Below are positions 11,063 through 21,291 of a DNA stretch of 64,000 nucleotides, piece after piece. Made by a program: the position numbers and the translations under genes. The notes below the pieces were generated by a model, which saw only the letters and a list, made by a program, of their open reading frames with translations, was not told where the DNA came from and did not search any database. The stretch lies in contig CAVRCF010000002.1 in assembly GCA_963719505.1 (NCBI GenBank), positions 320,001-384,000 on the forward strand, in the 5' to 3' direction. Each line of letters starts with the position of its first letter. Within the stretch, counting starts at the first letter, position 1. This DNA comes from Halobacteriovoraceae bacterium (GTDB taxonomy: Bacteria; Bdellovibrionota; Bacteriovoracia; Bacteriovoracales; Bacteriovoracaceae).

Positions 11063-11229
11063 ATATATAACCTTAAAGTTGATCTTCCTTTAATAATACA
11101 GCTTAGCTTAAAAGTATGTCTTTTGTCCAAATGCCAGGAATGTCTTTAATTTGTCACATAAACTAGTTTTTTCCTTGAAGAATAAAAACAAATACCAATC
11201 TTTTTTCTCCATGCACTTACGTTTTTTAA

Positions 11230-12063
11230 GTGCTATCTTTAGGAATGTTTCAAAGTCCAGTTACCCAGTGGGAAAAAATATTAAATAAGCCTCTAAAGAA
11301 CCAGATAAAGTTTTTAAACAAGGTTTGTAGTGTTAATAAAAGAGATGATCTTATCATTAGAGAAGCTTTTTTTAATAATCTTAGCTTTGAGTTAATCAAA
11401 AGAATTTTCAGACTTGTTGAAGATGTTGTTCAAGCCGATGGTATTGACTATAGCTTTCAAGATATCATCTACGATAGACTTTTAAGGGTCACTGGAATCG
11501 CTCATCTTTATCCTGAAGATAAAGAAGCTGAAGATAATATTATTGAAGGTGAGGGCTATCATGTCTACTCTGCTGGATATCATGATCTCGATCTTCTTGT
11601 CGATTTTGTTCATCAGCATAAAGATATTCATTCTCTTTGTGACTTAGGCTCTGGCTCTGGCCGCGCTCTTTTATACCTTGCTCTTGAGATAGAAAGAGAC
11701 ATGAAGTATTTGGGTCTTGAGCTTGTCGATGAAAGAGTGGACTTTACAAACTCTATTGCCGACTATTTTTCACTAGAAAATGTCAGGTTTAAAGCGAGTG
11801 ACTTTTTAGATACCCCTGAAGATTTTCTTGGTTATGATGCCTATTATCTTTACGATCCCGTGGGCACAGATGATGTTGATCTACTGGCTTCTTACTTCCA
11901 AAAAATGATTGATGATGGTGCAAAATTTTATATTTTGTTTATCTCTGGATGGGATGATTTAATGGTCAATGCCCTTGGCAAAATCAAAGGCCTTAAAATA
12001 CTCAGCTCAGTAAAAAGTCATAAACAGCAGGGAAGAGTTGTCAATTTCTATAAAGCGACTTAA
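11230..12063 (+). CDS. Class I SAM-dependent methyltransferase (DOT1-like fold possible)
   Basis: Motif I DLGSGSGR, acidic GLELVDER, YLYDP. Start codon uncertain (GTG 11230 or a nearby downstream ATG). Confidence 0.75.
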   Translation: MLSLGMFQSPVTQWEKILNKPLKNQIKFLNKVCSVNKRDDLIIREAFFNNLSFELIKRIFRLVEDVVQADGIDYSFQDIIYDRLLRVTGIAHLYPEDKEAEDNIIEGEGYHVYSAGYHDLDLLVDFVHQHKDIHSLCDLGSGSGRALLYLALEIERDMKYLGLELVDERVDFTNSIADYFSLENVRFKASDFLDTPEDFLGYDAYYLYDPVGTDDVDLLASYFQKMIDDGAKFYILFISGWDDLMVNALGKIKGLKILSSVKSHKQQGRVVNFYKAT

Positions 12064-12175
12064 ATTTATTTTATTTTGAGGAAGGTCTCGTCCAAGCTTT
12101 GGTGCTGCGTGAAAAGCTCTTAGCATAGTTAACTAAACTCACTTACTGCAAAAAATACGAGATGATGAGAAACAT

Positions 12176-13891
12176 CTAATTAATAAAATATTTCCTATAA
12201 TCATTATAGTTTTTTATTCGATTACCATAAGCTTTTTGAAAAGCATCATCAAAGTCTCCATCTTCTATTATTGTTAAACAAGAAGATGTTTCGGGAAGGA
12301 GTTCCTTTTTTAAGGAAGCCTTGATCTCTTCAGATGTTTTTATATACTTGTGTCGCAGTGTGGATCTATCTGAAACACCAATGTCTTCATTGATCTCCGT
12401 TGCATAAGGAAAGACTTTTCCGTGAGATCTAAACATCATAATATTCACATACTCTTTCATTCTCTCTTTTATACAGCTCTTTGCTGCGTCGTTTGAGTAA
12501 CCAGCTTCTTCTGGTGTTGTCAGTTGAATCTTTTTTGAAAGATTATTTCTATCCAAAAAGTTCTCATAAGGCTTAATATATTTCGACTCCAAAGAGTTAG
12601 AGGTTGTTCTAAGATCTCTCTCATTTATGAATTGAGTAAGTTCATTCACAGGGAGACTATCAAAGTACTGACCGATATGGTCAAACTGAGATATATAGTA
12701 TGGTTTTTCTCCATCGTAAAACTTCATAATATTTCTCGGAAGAGAGGTCTCTATTTCACCGTTACTGATAGTGTATTTGTAAACGGGATATTTTATCATT
12801 TTAAATCCCTCGTCAGAGACAAAGGAGTATACAATTTCATTTTCACCGTGGTTGTCTATGTCCCAGCGCTGCTTGGCAAAGTTCGTCTTGCCGCCAACTT
12901 GATGAAAGTAATGACCACGGGCTTCTTTGGGAAGATCTTTGTGATAGTAGAGCTCGTTAATGCACTTCATGTAAAGACTTGCCTCAAGATTTTGCGCTAT
13001 ATCTTGAATTTGCTCTATATTGCGTTCAGTTTCACTTTGAACCTCGGGTGGAGAACAGCTGCGAGATGAATCAGTTAGGAGTACTTGAGATGATACGATT
13101 GAGACTGTCTGTGGTTCCTTCTCTTTTACTTTTGTGTCGTGTTTAACAATAGCGTCTTCGACTTCTTCTTTGGGTTTAACAGTCGTTAAAATTTCAAGCT
13201 GGGCTTGGCAGCTCTTAAGATCTAAAGCTAAAGACTTTGATTTTCTTGACGACTGAATGGCGCCACAAAGTTTTGATGTGTAGTCTTTAGATTTTTCCAT
13301 TGTTAGAGGATCTTTAAAAAGTCCAGTGAAGCTCTTATTGAAGTTTTCATCCTCAATCGCTTCAAGAACACTGCTGAAATTGAAATTTTGAGGATTTGTT
13401 TGAGAAACTTCTCGAAGGGCTTTTTTTGTTTTTTCGGAGAAGTTTTGCATTTTTTCTGGCGTAGCTAAACTCACGACCGACTGGTATGAACAGTGCTTTT
13501 ATAGTTCAGATCCAAGGGCCGCAGAAACGCAAAAAGGTTTTGAGTCTGTGCTTCCAAAAACTTGGGGATTACAGGCGTATTTTCCCTTAGAACAGCTTCC
13601 TCTATATTCTTTCGCCCCATCGGCCAAAGACAGTCGACACATACCATTTTTGTACGTGCTTTGAAAGCCTAAGATTAAGCAGGGATCACCCTCTTTATAG
13701 GCATAGGCTTTTGAGAAGAGATTAAAAATTTCAGCGCTTTTATAGCTCCATTCCAAGTTGTACGGATAAAGAGTCTCAACATGAGTCACATAAGACATGA
13801 GAGACAATCTTTTTAAAGTGTTCTCTTTGTCTTTTGCATGAACAGTATGAAGGCATGCGGAAAATACTAGAAATAGGATTAGAGTTCTCAT
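12176..13891 (-). pseudogene. Secreted Cys-rich hypothetical protein split by a single in-frame TAA (13499-13501); pseudogene or sequence error
   Basis: ORFs 13499-13891 and 12176-13474 are in the same frame (…GSEL*KHCSYQSVVSLATPEK…). Signal peptide and Cys-rich domain (GDPCLILGF…CNPQVFG…FCV). Confidence 0.7.
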
Positions 13892-13897
13892 GCATTC

Positions 13898-13924
13898 TTA
13901 TCGGATATTTCTTGAAATAATTAA
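13898..13924 (-). promoter_or_regulatory. Putative sigma28 (FliA) promoter
   Basis: Minus strand reads TTAA-N15-TCCGATAA, ending 6 nt before the ATG at 13891. Confidence 0.6.
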
Positions 13925-14032
13925 GCCTTAACTTATAGTGTTCAGTCTAACTAATATTGAGGTGACCTTGTTGACATCTATCAACACTTTGCTCACTATA
14001 TAGCCTAGTTATGTATATTCAGGATAATATAA

Positions 14033-14476
14033 ATGAAAGAAGAGAAGCTTGCACAGGAAATGTTTGAGCGAATTCCTCCACTAATGAGCATGATGAGATC
14101 TGAAGTTCGAGCCTGTGCTCAGGGAAGTATTACGGTGCCACAATTTCGGGTGTTGGCCAATGTTCAAAGAGGTTTAAATCATGTTGTGGACATCGCCCAG
14201 CACCACGGTGTTAGTCAGCCATCGATGACAAAGCTTGTAAATAACCTGGTTTCTCGAGGCTTAATACGAAGAGAGCCGAGTGAATCTGACGGAAGAGTGA
14301 TGAATCTCTTTTTAACACAAGAAGGCGACGACCTTTTTAAATGTATAAAGAAGCAAGCGTTTAAGAGTTTGGCTAAAAAACTTAAACTCTTAGAACCAAA
14401 ACAAGTAGACGAGCTTCAATCGTTTATTTCATCGGTAGAAATATTTGTTAAGCATTTTTCGGTAGGTACAAAATGA
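14033..14476 (+). CDS. MarR family transcriptional regulator
   Basis: wHTH motifs 'VSQPSMTKLVNNLVSRGLI' and DGR; TTGACA at 13971. Confidence 0.9.
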   Translation: MKEEKLAQEMFERIPPLMSMMRSEVRACAQGSITVPQFRVLANVQRGLNHVVDIAQHHGVSQPSMTKLVNNLVSRGLIRREPSESDGRVMNLFLTQEGDDLFKCIKKQAFKSLAKKLKLLEPKQVDELQSFISSVEIFVKHFSVGTK

Positions 14477-17400
14477 AAGGTCTTATTAATTACTTCATAG
14501 GAAGGCCAGTTGTTGTTAACGCCCTTATGTTTGGACTTCTCTTTTCCTCCATCTTTCTTTGGCAAAAAATTGGAAAAGAAGAGATGCCAGAGTTTGAAAT
14601 GGAGTCTGTTAGAATCACTGTTCGATACCCGGGGGCTTCTGCCGCTGATATTGAATCTTTCATTGCCAAACCAATTGAAGAAAAACTCAAAGGGATCACT
14701 TCTTTGGATGAAGTGACTGTTAGCTCGTCTTACGGAACATGTTCTATCAGAGTAAATTTTGAGCCTAATACAGGGAATCTTTCAGAAAAAATTCAAGAAG
14801 TTAAAGACGCGGTTGATTCAGTTCCTCTTCCAAAAGAGGTAGAAGACCCCGTTTATAGGCAGTACAAAAGTTCAGAGAAAGCTATTATCGATATAGGTAT
14901 TTATTTAAAAGACGTCGAAATCTTATCTGTTTCAGATAGACAAATTCTTCAAAAGTATGCTCTTGGATTTAAGGATAAATTATTGTCCATTCCCGAAATC
15001 AGCGGCGTTGATATTTCCGGCTATTTACGACCGGAGTTGCAGGTAAAAGTTGATTCAGAAAGTCTTGAGAAGTTTGAAATCTCTATGAGTCAGGTTAAAA
15101 ATCAAATCATAAGCCAAAATGTAAGAAAGCCCATCGGATCCATGAAGGATAAACGAGAGACTGAGCTTAGCATCGTCTCTGAACTCGATAGTATAGAGTC
15201 TCTTAAGGGAGTTATCGTTACTTCTGGTTATCAGGGTCAAAGACTTAAGCTAGATAAAATTGCAAAAATTGTGGAAGGCTTTGAAGAGTCGACTTCAATT
15301 AGCAAGGTTCAAGGGCGAGAGGGGATTATATTTAATATCCAAAAGAGTGCTTCGACAGATATTTTGACAGCTCAAAAAACGATTGTTGATTTTGTAAATA
15401 GTTTTAAAAAGAACAATAAAGATTCTCCTGTGGACTTCGTTCTTATTGACGATGAATCTTACGATGTAAAAAATAGATTGGAACTTATCGGTTCTAACGG
15501 AGTGATAGGTTTTGTTCTAATTGTCATCATTCTCTTTTTCTTTCTCGACTTTCGCTCGGGAATGTGGGTGGGAATGGGAATCCCATTTTCTTTGGCCTTT
15601 ACGTTATTAGGCTCATACCTATTGGGCTACACCATCAACAATATGACCTTAGCTGCAATCATTATTGTCCTGGGAATTGTTGTCGATGATGCCATTATCG
15701 TTGCTGAAAATATTTCGAGAAATGCAAAAACTGGCGAAGTCGACAAAGCTATAAGTTCAGTTGCTGACGTCGGAGCGCCTGTTTTAGCGAGCGTTCTTAC
15801 AACCTGCGCCGCTTTTGTTCCTCTTTATTTTTTTAGTGGGCGATTTGGACTTTTTGTAAAGTATATCCCGGCTGTTATTTTTCTCATGCTTTTGGCCAGT
15901 ATCATTGAATCTTTCTTTTTTCTTCCTTCTCACATGATTCATGAGACAAAGTTTGAAAAATTTATGAAAGGGTTCTTTAAAAAGAGTAAGCTTCCAAAAA
16001 CGAGAGAGAAGTTCGTATCCATGTTGGAGAGTAAGTATACATCTGTCTTGACGAAAATTTTAAAATTGAGAGTTCCTTTTCTTTGTGGGTTTGTCGGATT
16101 GCTTTTATTTTCAGGCTATCTTTTTCAAAATCACCTAAGCTATGTCATGTTTCCCAGAGAAGAGTCTCGGGACTTTAGGTTGAAGGTCGTTACACCCGAT
16201 GGTTCAACAAGGCTAGAGACGGCAAAAATGGTAAGAGAGGTAGAGGATATCTTCTTAAATGATAGTCGTGGCATTGTGACATCTGTAAGAACGAGTGTTG
16301 GACAAAATAGAAGAGGTGGAGAAGTGAGGGAGAATGAAGCTTCGATGAGAGTTGAGATTGTTGCGCCTTCAGAAAGGAGTATCTCTTTGAATAAGTTGAT
16401 TGAACAGTGGAGTGAGAAAATAGATAAAATTGATAAATTCCAAGAAGTTAAATTTCAAAAAAGTCGCTTCGGCTCAGATAGCGGCAGTCCCATTGCTATC
16501 GAAATTCAAGAAAACAATGATGCTACTCGTGGTCAGCTTGTTCAAGAATTAAGGACTGAACTTCAAGGGCTGGATTTCCTAACGAATGTAGAAGAGGAAA
16601 AACCGGTCACCAAGTATGAATACCGCTTGGAAATTAATAAAAGCGAAGCGAGTCGCCTTGGAGTCCAGTTCGATGAGCTTGGTAATACGCTACGAGCTTA
16701 TATAGAAGGTGATATTCTTTATACCTTAAATAATGGAGAAGAAGAGGTTGATGTTCGTTTTACAAGTAATGACGACAGCAAAAAAGACGTTCAAAAACTT
16801 CTTGGACTCTTAGTCGCAAACTCAGACAATTACCTTGTACCAATAAATTCTTTAGTGACTTTAACCGAGCGTAAAAAGCCCTCTACAATTCAAAGAGTTA
16901 ATTATAAAAGAGCAACAATGCTCTATGCCGATCTTGTGAAAGGAGCAAAGATAACCCCTCTAGAGATTGCAGAACTGGTTGAGAGGGAAGTCTTTCCGAA
17001 AGTTTTAAATGGAAAACCATCTGCAAATATTCATTTTAGAGGAGAGGTAGAGGATTCAAGAGAATCTCAATCCGATTTTGCTCTTTCTATCTTTTTAGTT
17101 TTAGGTATCATTTATCTTTTGCTTATTATTTTATTTGACTCATTTTTAACACCCCTTTTAATCGGAGCGATCATACCCTTTGGCGTTATTGGAACTGTAA
17201 TAGCTTTTTGGGCCCATGGAATGGAGCAGTATGGATTCTTTGCTGTCATTGGAACCCTGGGAATGATAGGGGTTGTTATTAATGATTCAATTGTTCTCAT
17301 TGATAGGCTAGGCAGCCAACTCGTTAGCACTGATAACCTCTTTTCTAATATTGCACAGATTGCATCGACGAGGCTTAGGGCAATCATCATCACGACAATT

Positions 17401-17595
17401 ACCACCGTTGCTGGGCTTTTTCCGACGGCTTATGGTCTGGGTGGTTTTGATTCTATGCTTTCAGAAATGATGCTGGCGATGGGGTGGGGGTTATTAATTG
17501 GAATGTTTGTGACACTATTATTAGTTCCATGCATTTATTCTTTTTATGCGCAAATAAAATTAAAGAACAAGTCAAGTCTTGGAGAAGAGAAATGA
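14473..17595 (+). CDS. AcrB/AcrD/AcrF-family RND permease
   Basis: 1040 aa with GIVVDDAIIVAEN, GVVINDSIV and RLRAIIITT motifs. Confidence 0.92.
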   Translation: MKGLINYFIGRPVVVNALMFGLLFSSIFLWQKIGKEEMPEFEMESVRITVRYPGASAADIESFIAKPIEEKLKGITSLDEVTVSSSYGTCSIRVNFEPNTGNLSEKIQEVKDAVDSVPLPKEVEDPVYRQYKSSEKAIIDIGIYLKDVEILSVSDRQILQKYALGFKDKLLSIPEISGVDISGYLRPELQVKVDSESLEKFEISMSQVKNQIISQNVRKPIGSMKDKRETELSIVSELDSIESLKGVIVTSGYQGQRLKLDKIAKIVEGFEESTSISKVQGREGIIFNIQKSASTDILTAQKTIVDFVNSFKKNNKDSPVDFVLIDDESYDVKNRLELIGSNGVIGFVLIVIILFFFLDFRSGMWVGMGIPFSLAFTLLGSYLLGYTINNMTLAAIIIVLGIVVDDAIIVAENISRNAKTGEVDKAISSVADVGAPVLASVLTTCAAFVPLYFFSGRFGLFVKYIPAVIFLMLLASIIESFFFLPSHMIHETKFEKFMKGFFKKSKLPKTREKFVSMLESKYTSVLTKILKLRVPFLCGFVGLLLFSGYLFQNHLSYVMFPREESRDFRLKVVTPDGSTRLETAKMVREVEDIFLNDSRGIVTSVRTSVGQNRRGGEVRENEASMRVEIVAPSERSISLNKLIEQWSEKIDKIDKFQEVKFQKSRFGSDSGSPIAIEIQENNDATRGQLVQELRTELQGLDFLTNVEEEKPVTKYEYRLEINKSEASRLGVQFDELGNTLRAYIEGDILYTLNNGEEEVDVRFTSNDDSKKDVQKLLGLLVANSDNYLVPINSLVTLTERKKPSTIQRVNYKRATMLYADLVKGAKITPLEIAELVEREVFPKVLNGKPSANIHFRGEVEDSRESQSDFALSIFLVLGIIYLLLIILFDSFLTPLLIGAIIPFGVIGTVIAFWAHGMEQYGFFAVIGTLGMIGVVINDSIVLIDRLGSQLVSTDNLFSNIAQIASTRLRAIIITTITTVAGLFPTAYGLGGFDSMLSEMMLAMGWGLLIGMFVTLLLVPCIYSFYAQIKLKNKSSLGEEK

Positions 17596-18962
17596 AAGTT
17601 ATTTTTGCCAACTCAATCCTTTTTATAAGTCTTTTTAAAAACGTCTATTCTTCTGAATTAAATCTAAAAAAACATATGACCTTATCGTTTAAAAATAATC
17701 CAACCTATATCGATATTTTGGCGGAAAGAAGGAAGTTAAAGTTTGTTGTTGATCAAGGTCTACCTTCAAGGCAGCTGTTGTTAAGCGTAGCAAGTGAAAA
17801 TGGTTATAGTTCGGATAGTGATCAAAATACAAGTGTGACCAGTGGTGAATTATCCAAAGAAATAATTGAAACGGGAACAGATTTATCAGTTTCAAAGACC
17901 AAGACAGTCAGACCTGATCGAAATGAGGACGTTACGCAAATAAGAGTGGGACAATCTCTTTATAAAAATATGTTCGGACGTGATGTGAGGCTTATGAAAG
18001 AGTCACTTCAAGAGCAAAAGAGCTTAAGAGAGCTTGAAATAGAGGAATTAGAAGAGAACTTTTTGGCCACAACATTAAAGAACTATCTGGAATTAAGCAA
18101 ATCGTATAGGGACTACACACTGTCAAAGCAGATTCATAGCGAAAGCTTGAGGCTTAAAAAGAATGTAGAATCAAAGTTTAAATCTAAAATCGCATCAGGC
18201 ACAGACTTAAATCGAACAAAGCTTTTAGTTCTTATCCAACAAGAAGGTATCTTGGATAATAAAAATGTTTATGAATCTTTAAAAAAACAAATTGAAAAAA
18301 CTATTTTGTATGAGTTTGAAAAGTTCGAAGAAAGTGACTCAACCAAACTTATAAGTTCCTTAGAGAAGATAAACCGAGAACTTTTAAATCCCGCATTTGA
18401 AAATACGCGAATGGCAAGAATAGCAGTCTATAGGGAAGCCTTTACGAAAAAAGATGTTGTCCTCCAAGATCGAGTCGATAGTCCCGATTTAAGCTTCGTT
18501 GTCGGTTATAATAAAGACGACTCTTCACGATTTTCAACTGTTATTAAAAGAGATGAAACAGTTTTTGGTCTTAAACTAGATATTCCCTTTGGAGATACAA
18601 AAGCTAAAGCGAACTATCAATTGGCAAATATTGAGCTGATCAAGTCTCAAAATCAAAGAATACAAGACGCATTAACTTTTAAAAATCAAAAAACACAAAT
18701 TGAAAACCGACTAGTCCAAGCTAAAAATCAGATGTTGATTGATGATCAAAAAGTTAACCTCACCAAAATGATTATTAAAGACGAGGAGAAGAGGTTCTCT
18801 ATAGGAAGAATTGACCTGGAGACACTTATTGAATTAAAGAGTGATTATGCTTCCTATCGCTCGCGTCAGAGTCAATCACGTCTAAGCTATGGAATGGCAT
18901 TGATAGATTGGTTGGCATTAAATGACCGACTGGACAGGGAGCTGATCGCTCAGAAATTGTAA
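17592..18962 (+). CDS. TolC family outer-membrane protein
   Basis: ATG at 17592 overlaps the RND stop (ATGA). Two TolC-like helical repeats (…KFKSKIAS…; EEKRFSIGRID). Confidence 0.8.
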   Translation: MKVIFANSILFISLFKNVYSSELNLKKHMTLSFKNNPTYIDILAERRKLKFVVDQGLPSRQLLLSVASENGYSSDSDQNTSVTSGELSKEIIETGTDLSVSKTKTVRPDRNEDVTQIRVGQSLYKNMFGRDVRLMKESLQEQKSLRELEIEELEENFLATTLKNYLELSKSYRDYTLSKQIHSESLRLKKNVESKFKSKIASGTDLNRTKLLVLIQQEGILDNKNVYESLKKQIEKTILYEFEKFEESDSTKLISSLEKINRELLNPAFENTRMARIAVYREAFTKKDVVLQDRVDSPDLSFVVGYNKDDSSRFSTVIKRDETVFGLKLDIPFGDTKAKANYQLANIELIKSQNQRIQDALTFKNQKTQIENRLVQAKNQMLIDDQKVNLTKMIIKDEEKRFSIGRIDLETLIELKSDYASYRSRQSQSRLSYGMALIDWLALNDRLDRELIAQKL

Positions 18963-18970
18963 TTTTTTAG

Positions 18971-19408
18971 TTAGTTCGTCTCGAGGTCTGAATTTACTTT
19001 ATCTAAAAGATTCATCAGTGATTTGATCTCACTTGAAGACAGTGAAGTAATTTTACAGCTCATGGCACTGGGAATTTCTAAAGATTTTTCTTTAAGATTT
19101 TTTCCTTTTCTTGTTAGAACTATGCTTTTCATTCTTTTGTCTTGTTCCGAGTGTTCAATCTTTATGATCTTTTTTGACATCAATTTATTGAGGATTTGAG
19201 TCAGGGATCCGCCATCGATTTTAGTTCTACTCGTCACGTTATTAACAGGCACGTTATCTTTTTCCCATAAGGCCATGAGCACAACATACTGGGGATATGT
19301 TATATCTAATGCTTCAAGTAATGGTCTGTAAGCCCTGGTTATAGCATTGGCTGCAACGTAAAATCTGTGACAAAGCTGATTCTCTAATTTTAAATTATCA
19401 TTTTTCAT
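18971..19408 (-). CDS. ohrR: OhrR-type MarR regulator
   Basis: LENQLCHRFY (sensing Cys), ITYPQYVVL and DKR motifs; divergent from the peroxidase gene. Confidence 0.85.
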   Translation of the reverse strand: MKNDNLKLENQLCHRFYVAANAITRAYRPLLEALDITYPQYVVLMALWEKDNVPVNNVTSRTKIDGGSLTQILNKLMSKKIIKIEHSEQDKRMKSIVLTRKGKNLKEKSLEIPSAMSCKITSLSSSEIKSLMNLLDKVNSDLETN

Positions 19409-19425
19409 AAAGTCCTCATGCTTAT

Positions 19426-19491
19426 ATTACTTTGTGTGCAAAGTAATTGCAAGAATCATTCTTTTCTGTTATAGTTTGCGTGCAAAGTAAT
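19426..19491. promoter_or_regulatory. Two putative OhrR operators flanking a sigma70 promoter
   Basis: Palindrome ATTACTTTG-tgtg-CAAAGTAAT (19426-19447) and a near copy tagtttgcgtgcaaagtaat (to 19491). TTGCAA(19447)-17 nt-TATAGT(19470). Confidence 0.75.
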
Positions 19492-19518
19492 TAAACCAAC
19501 TAATATCAGGAGAACACA

Positions 19519-20061
19519 ATGAGTATTGCAAACATCGAATTTCAAAATGCTAAGGGCGAGTCTAAGACAATTAAGGACTTTGGGGCAAAAGCTTATCTCA
19601 TTGTCAATACAGCATCAAAATGTGGACTGACACCACAGTACGATGGTCTTCAAGAGCTCTATAAAGAATATAAAGATCAAGGTCTTGAAATTCTAGGCTT
19701 TCCTGCAAATGAATTCCTCGCTCAAGAACCAGGTTCAGATGAAGAAATTCAAAGCTTTTGTAAGGTTAATTTTGGTGTTTCATTTCCCATCAATAAAAAA
19801 ATTGTGGTTAAAGGTGAAGGCCAGCATCCTTTATATAAGGCTTTAACTGAAGGTAAAAAAAGTGCTGTTAAAAATGAAGATGGTGGTTTTGAGAAAAAAC
19901 TCACGGATAAAGGACTTATCACTGGAGCTGATCACGATATTCATTGGAATTTTGAAAAATTTCTCGTTGATGCTCAAGGGAATATTGTTGAACGTTTTTT
20001 TCCTGATGTGACTCCTAAAGATAAAAAGATTGTTGATGAGATTGAAAAGATTTTAAAATAA
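19519..20061 (+). CDS. Glutathione peroxidase (Cys-type)
   Basis: VNTASKCGLTPQY, LGFPANEF and WNFEKFL motifs. Confidence 0.95.
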   Translation: MSIANIEFQNAKGESKTIKDFGAKAYLIVNTASKCGLTPQYDGLQELYKEYKDQGLEILGFPANEFLAQEPGSDEEIQSFCKVNFGVSFPINKKIVVKGEGQHPLYKALTEGKKSAVKNEDGGFEKKLTDKGLITGADHDIHWNFEKFLVDAQGNIVERFFPDVTPKDKKIVDEIEKILK

Positions 20062-20073
20062 AGGAAAGTTATT

Positions 20074-21114
20074 ATGAATCAGACGGCAGATATAAATAGA
20101 CAGATCACCTTAGTCTCAAGACCTAAGGGGGCTCCAGATGAGTCTAATTTTAAAACTGAAAAGAATCCTATTCCTAATCCAAGTGAAGGTGAGATGCTTT
20201 TGAGAACAGTTTTTCTGTCAATTGATCCCTACATGCGAGGAAGAATGAGTGATGCAGAGTCATATGCTGATCCCGTTGAACTTGGACAGGTGATGATTGG
20301 TGGTAGCGTCTGTCGTGTTGAAAAATCTCGTCACTCAGATTTTAAAGAGGGTGAGCTTGTTGTCGCTTTTGGTGGATGGCAAGACTACAGCATCTCAAAT
20401 GGAGAGGGACTTTTAAAAGTAGATAAAGATTTGGATCATCCCTCTTATGCGCTTGGGATAATGGGGATGCCCGGACTGACGGCTTATATGGGACTTCTTG
20501 ATATCGGTGAGCCAAAAGAGGGTGAGACTGTTGTCGTTGCTGGAGCGACCGGAGCTGTTGGTAGTATTGTGGCCCAGATTGCAAAGATCAAAGGGTGTAA
20601 AGTCGTTGGAGTTGCCGGTGGTGACGAGAAGTGTAAATACGCTGTTGAAACTTTAGGTCTTGATCATTGTATCGATCATAAAAGTGAAAACTTTGAAAAA
20701 GAATTAAAGGCTGCTTGTAGAGATGGAATAGATGTCTATTATGAAAATGTTGGTGGAAAGGTTTTTGATGCAGTGATGCCACTTCTAAACACCTGTGCAA
20801 GAATACCACTTTGTGGACTAATTTCTCAATATAACGCTACTGAACTACCCAGTGGTCCAGATCGCTTGTCTCAGCTTATGGGTTTAATTCTTAGAAAAAG
20901 AATGAAGGTTAAGGGATTTATAGTCTTTGATGACTACGGCCATAGATACGGTGAGTTCTCAAAGCAGATGGGAACTTGGCTAAAAGAGGGAAAAATTTCG
21001 TACAAGGAAGATATTGTCGAGGGGTTAGAGAATGCTGTCGAAGCGTTTAAAGGTCAACTCGTCGGTAAAAATTTTGGAAAGCTTGTCGTGCAAGTTGGTC
21101 CAATTGAAAGATAA
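20074..21114 (+). CDS. curA: NADP-dependent oxidoreductase (CurA/YncB, PTGR1-like)
   Basis: SIDPYMRGRM, GMPGLTAY, GATGAVG, LCGLISQYN and GKNFGK motifs. Confidence 0.9.
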   Translation: MNQTADINRQITLVSRPKGAPDESNFKTEKNPIPNPSEGEMLLRTVFLSIDPYMRGRMSDAESYADPVELGQVMIGGSVCRVEKSRHSDFKEGELVVAFGGWQDYSISNGEGLLKVDKDLDHPSYALGIMGMPGLTAYMGLLDIGEPKEGETVVVAGATGAVGSIVAQIAKIKGCKVVGVAGGDEKCKYAVETLGLDHCIDHKSENFEKELKAACRDGIDVYYENVGGKVFDAVMPLLNTCARIPLCGLISQYNATELPSGPDRLSQLMGLILRKRMKVKGFIVFDDYGHRYGEFSKQMGTWLKEGKISYKEDIVEGLENAVEAFKGQLVGKNFGKLVVQVGPIER

Positions 21115-21291
21115 AATATAGTCTTGGTTTTAGGTTCATTCTATCTCTGGGAATTATCACCCTTTCTTTTTTGTCTTGAAATTCAGGATATAGGTGATTC
21201 AACATCTTACATTTAAGAAATATTACGATTCATTATTGATGAATATAGAGTTTTTGTGAGAGACTATTCCTAACTTAAATAAAAGGAATAT

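Noticed and set aside
19519-20061. Selenocysteine in glutathione peroxidase
   Set aside because: The active-site codon is TGT (Cys); there is no in-frame TGA.
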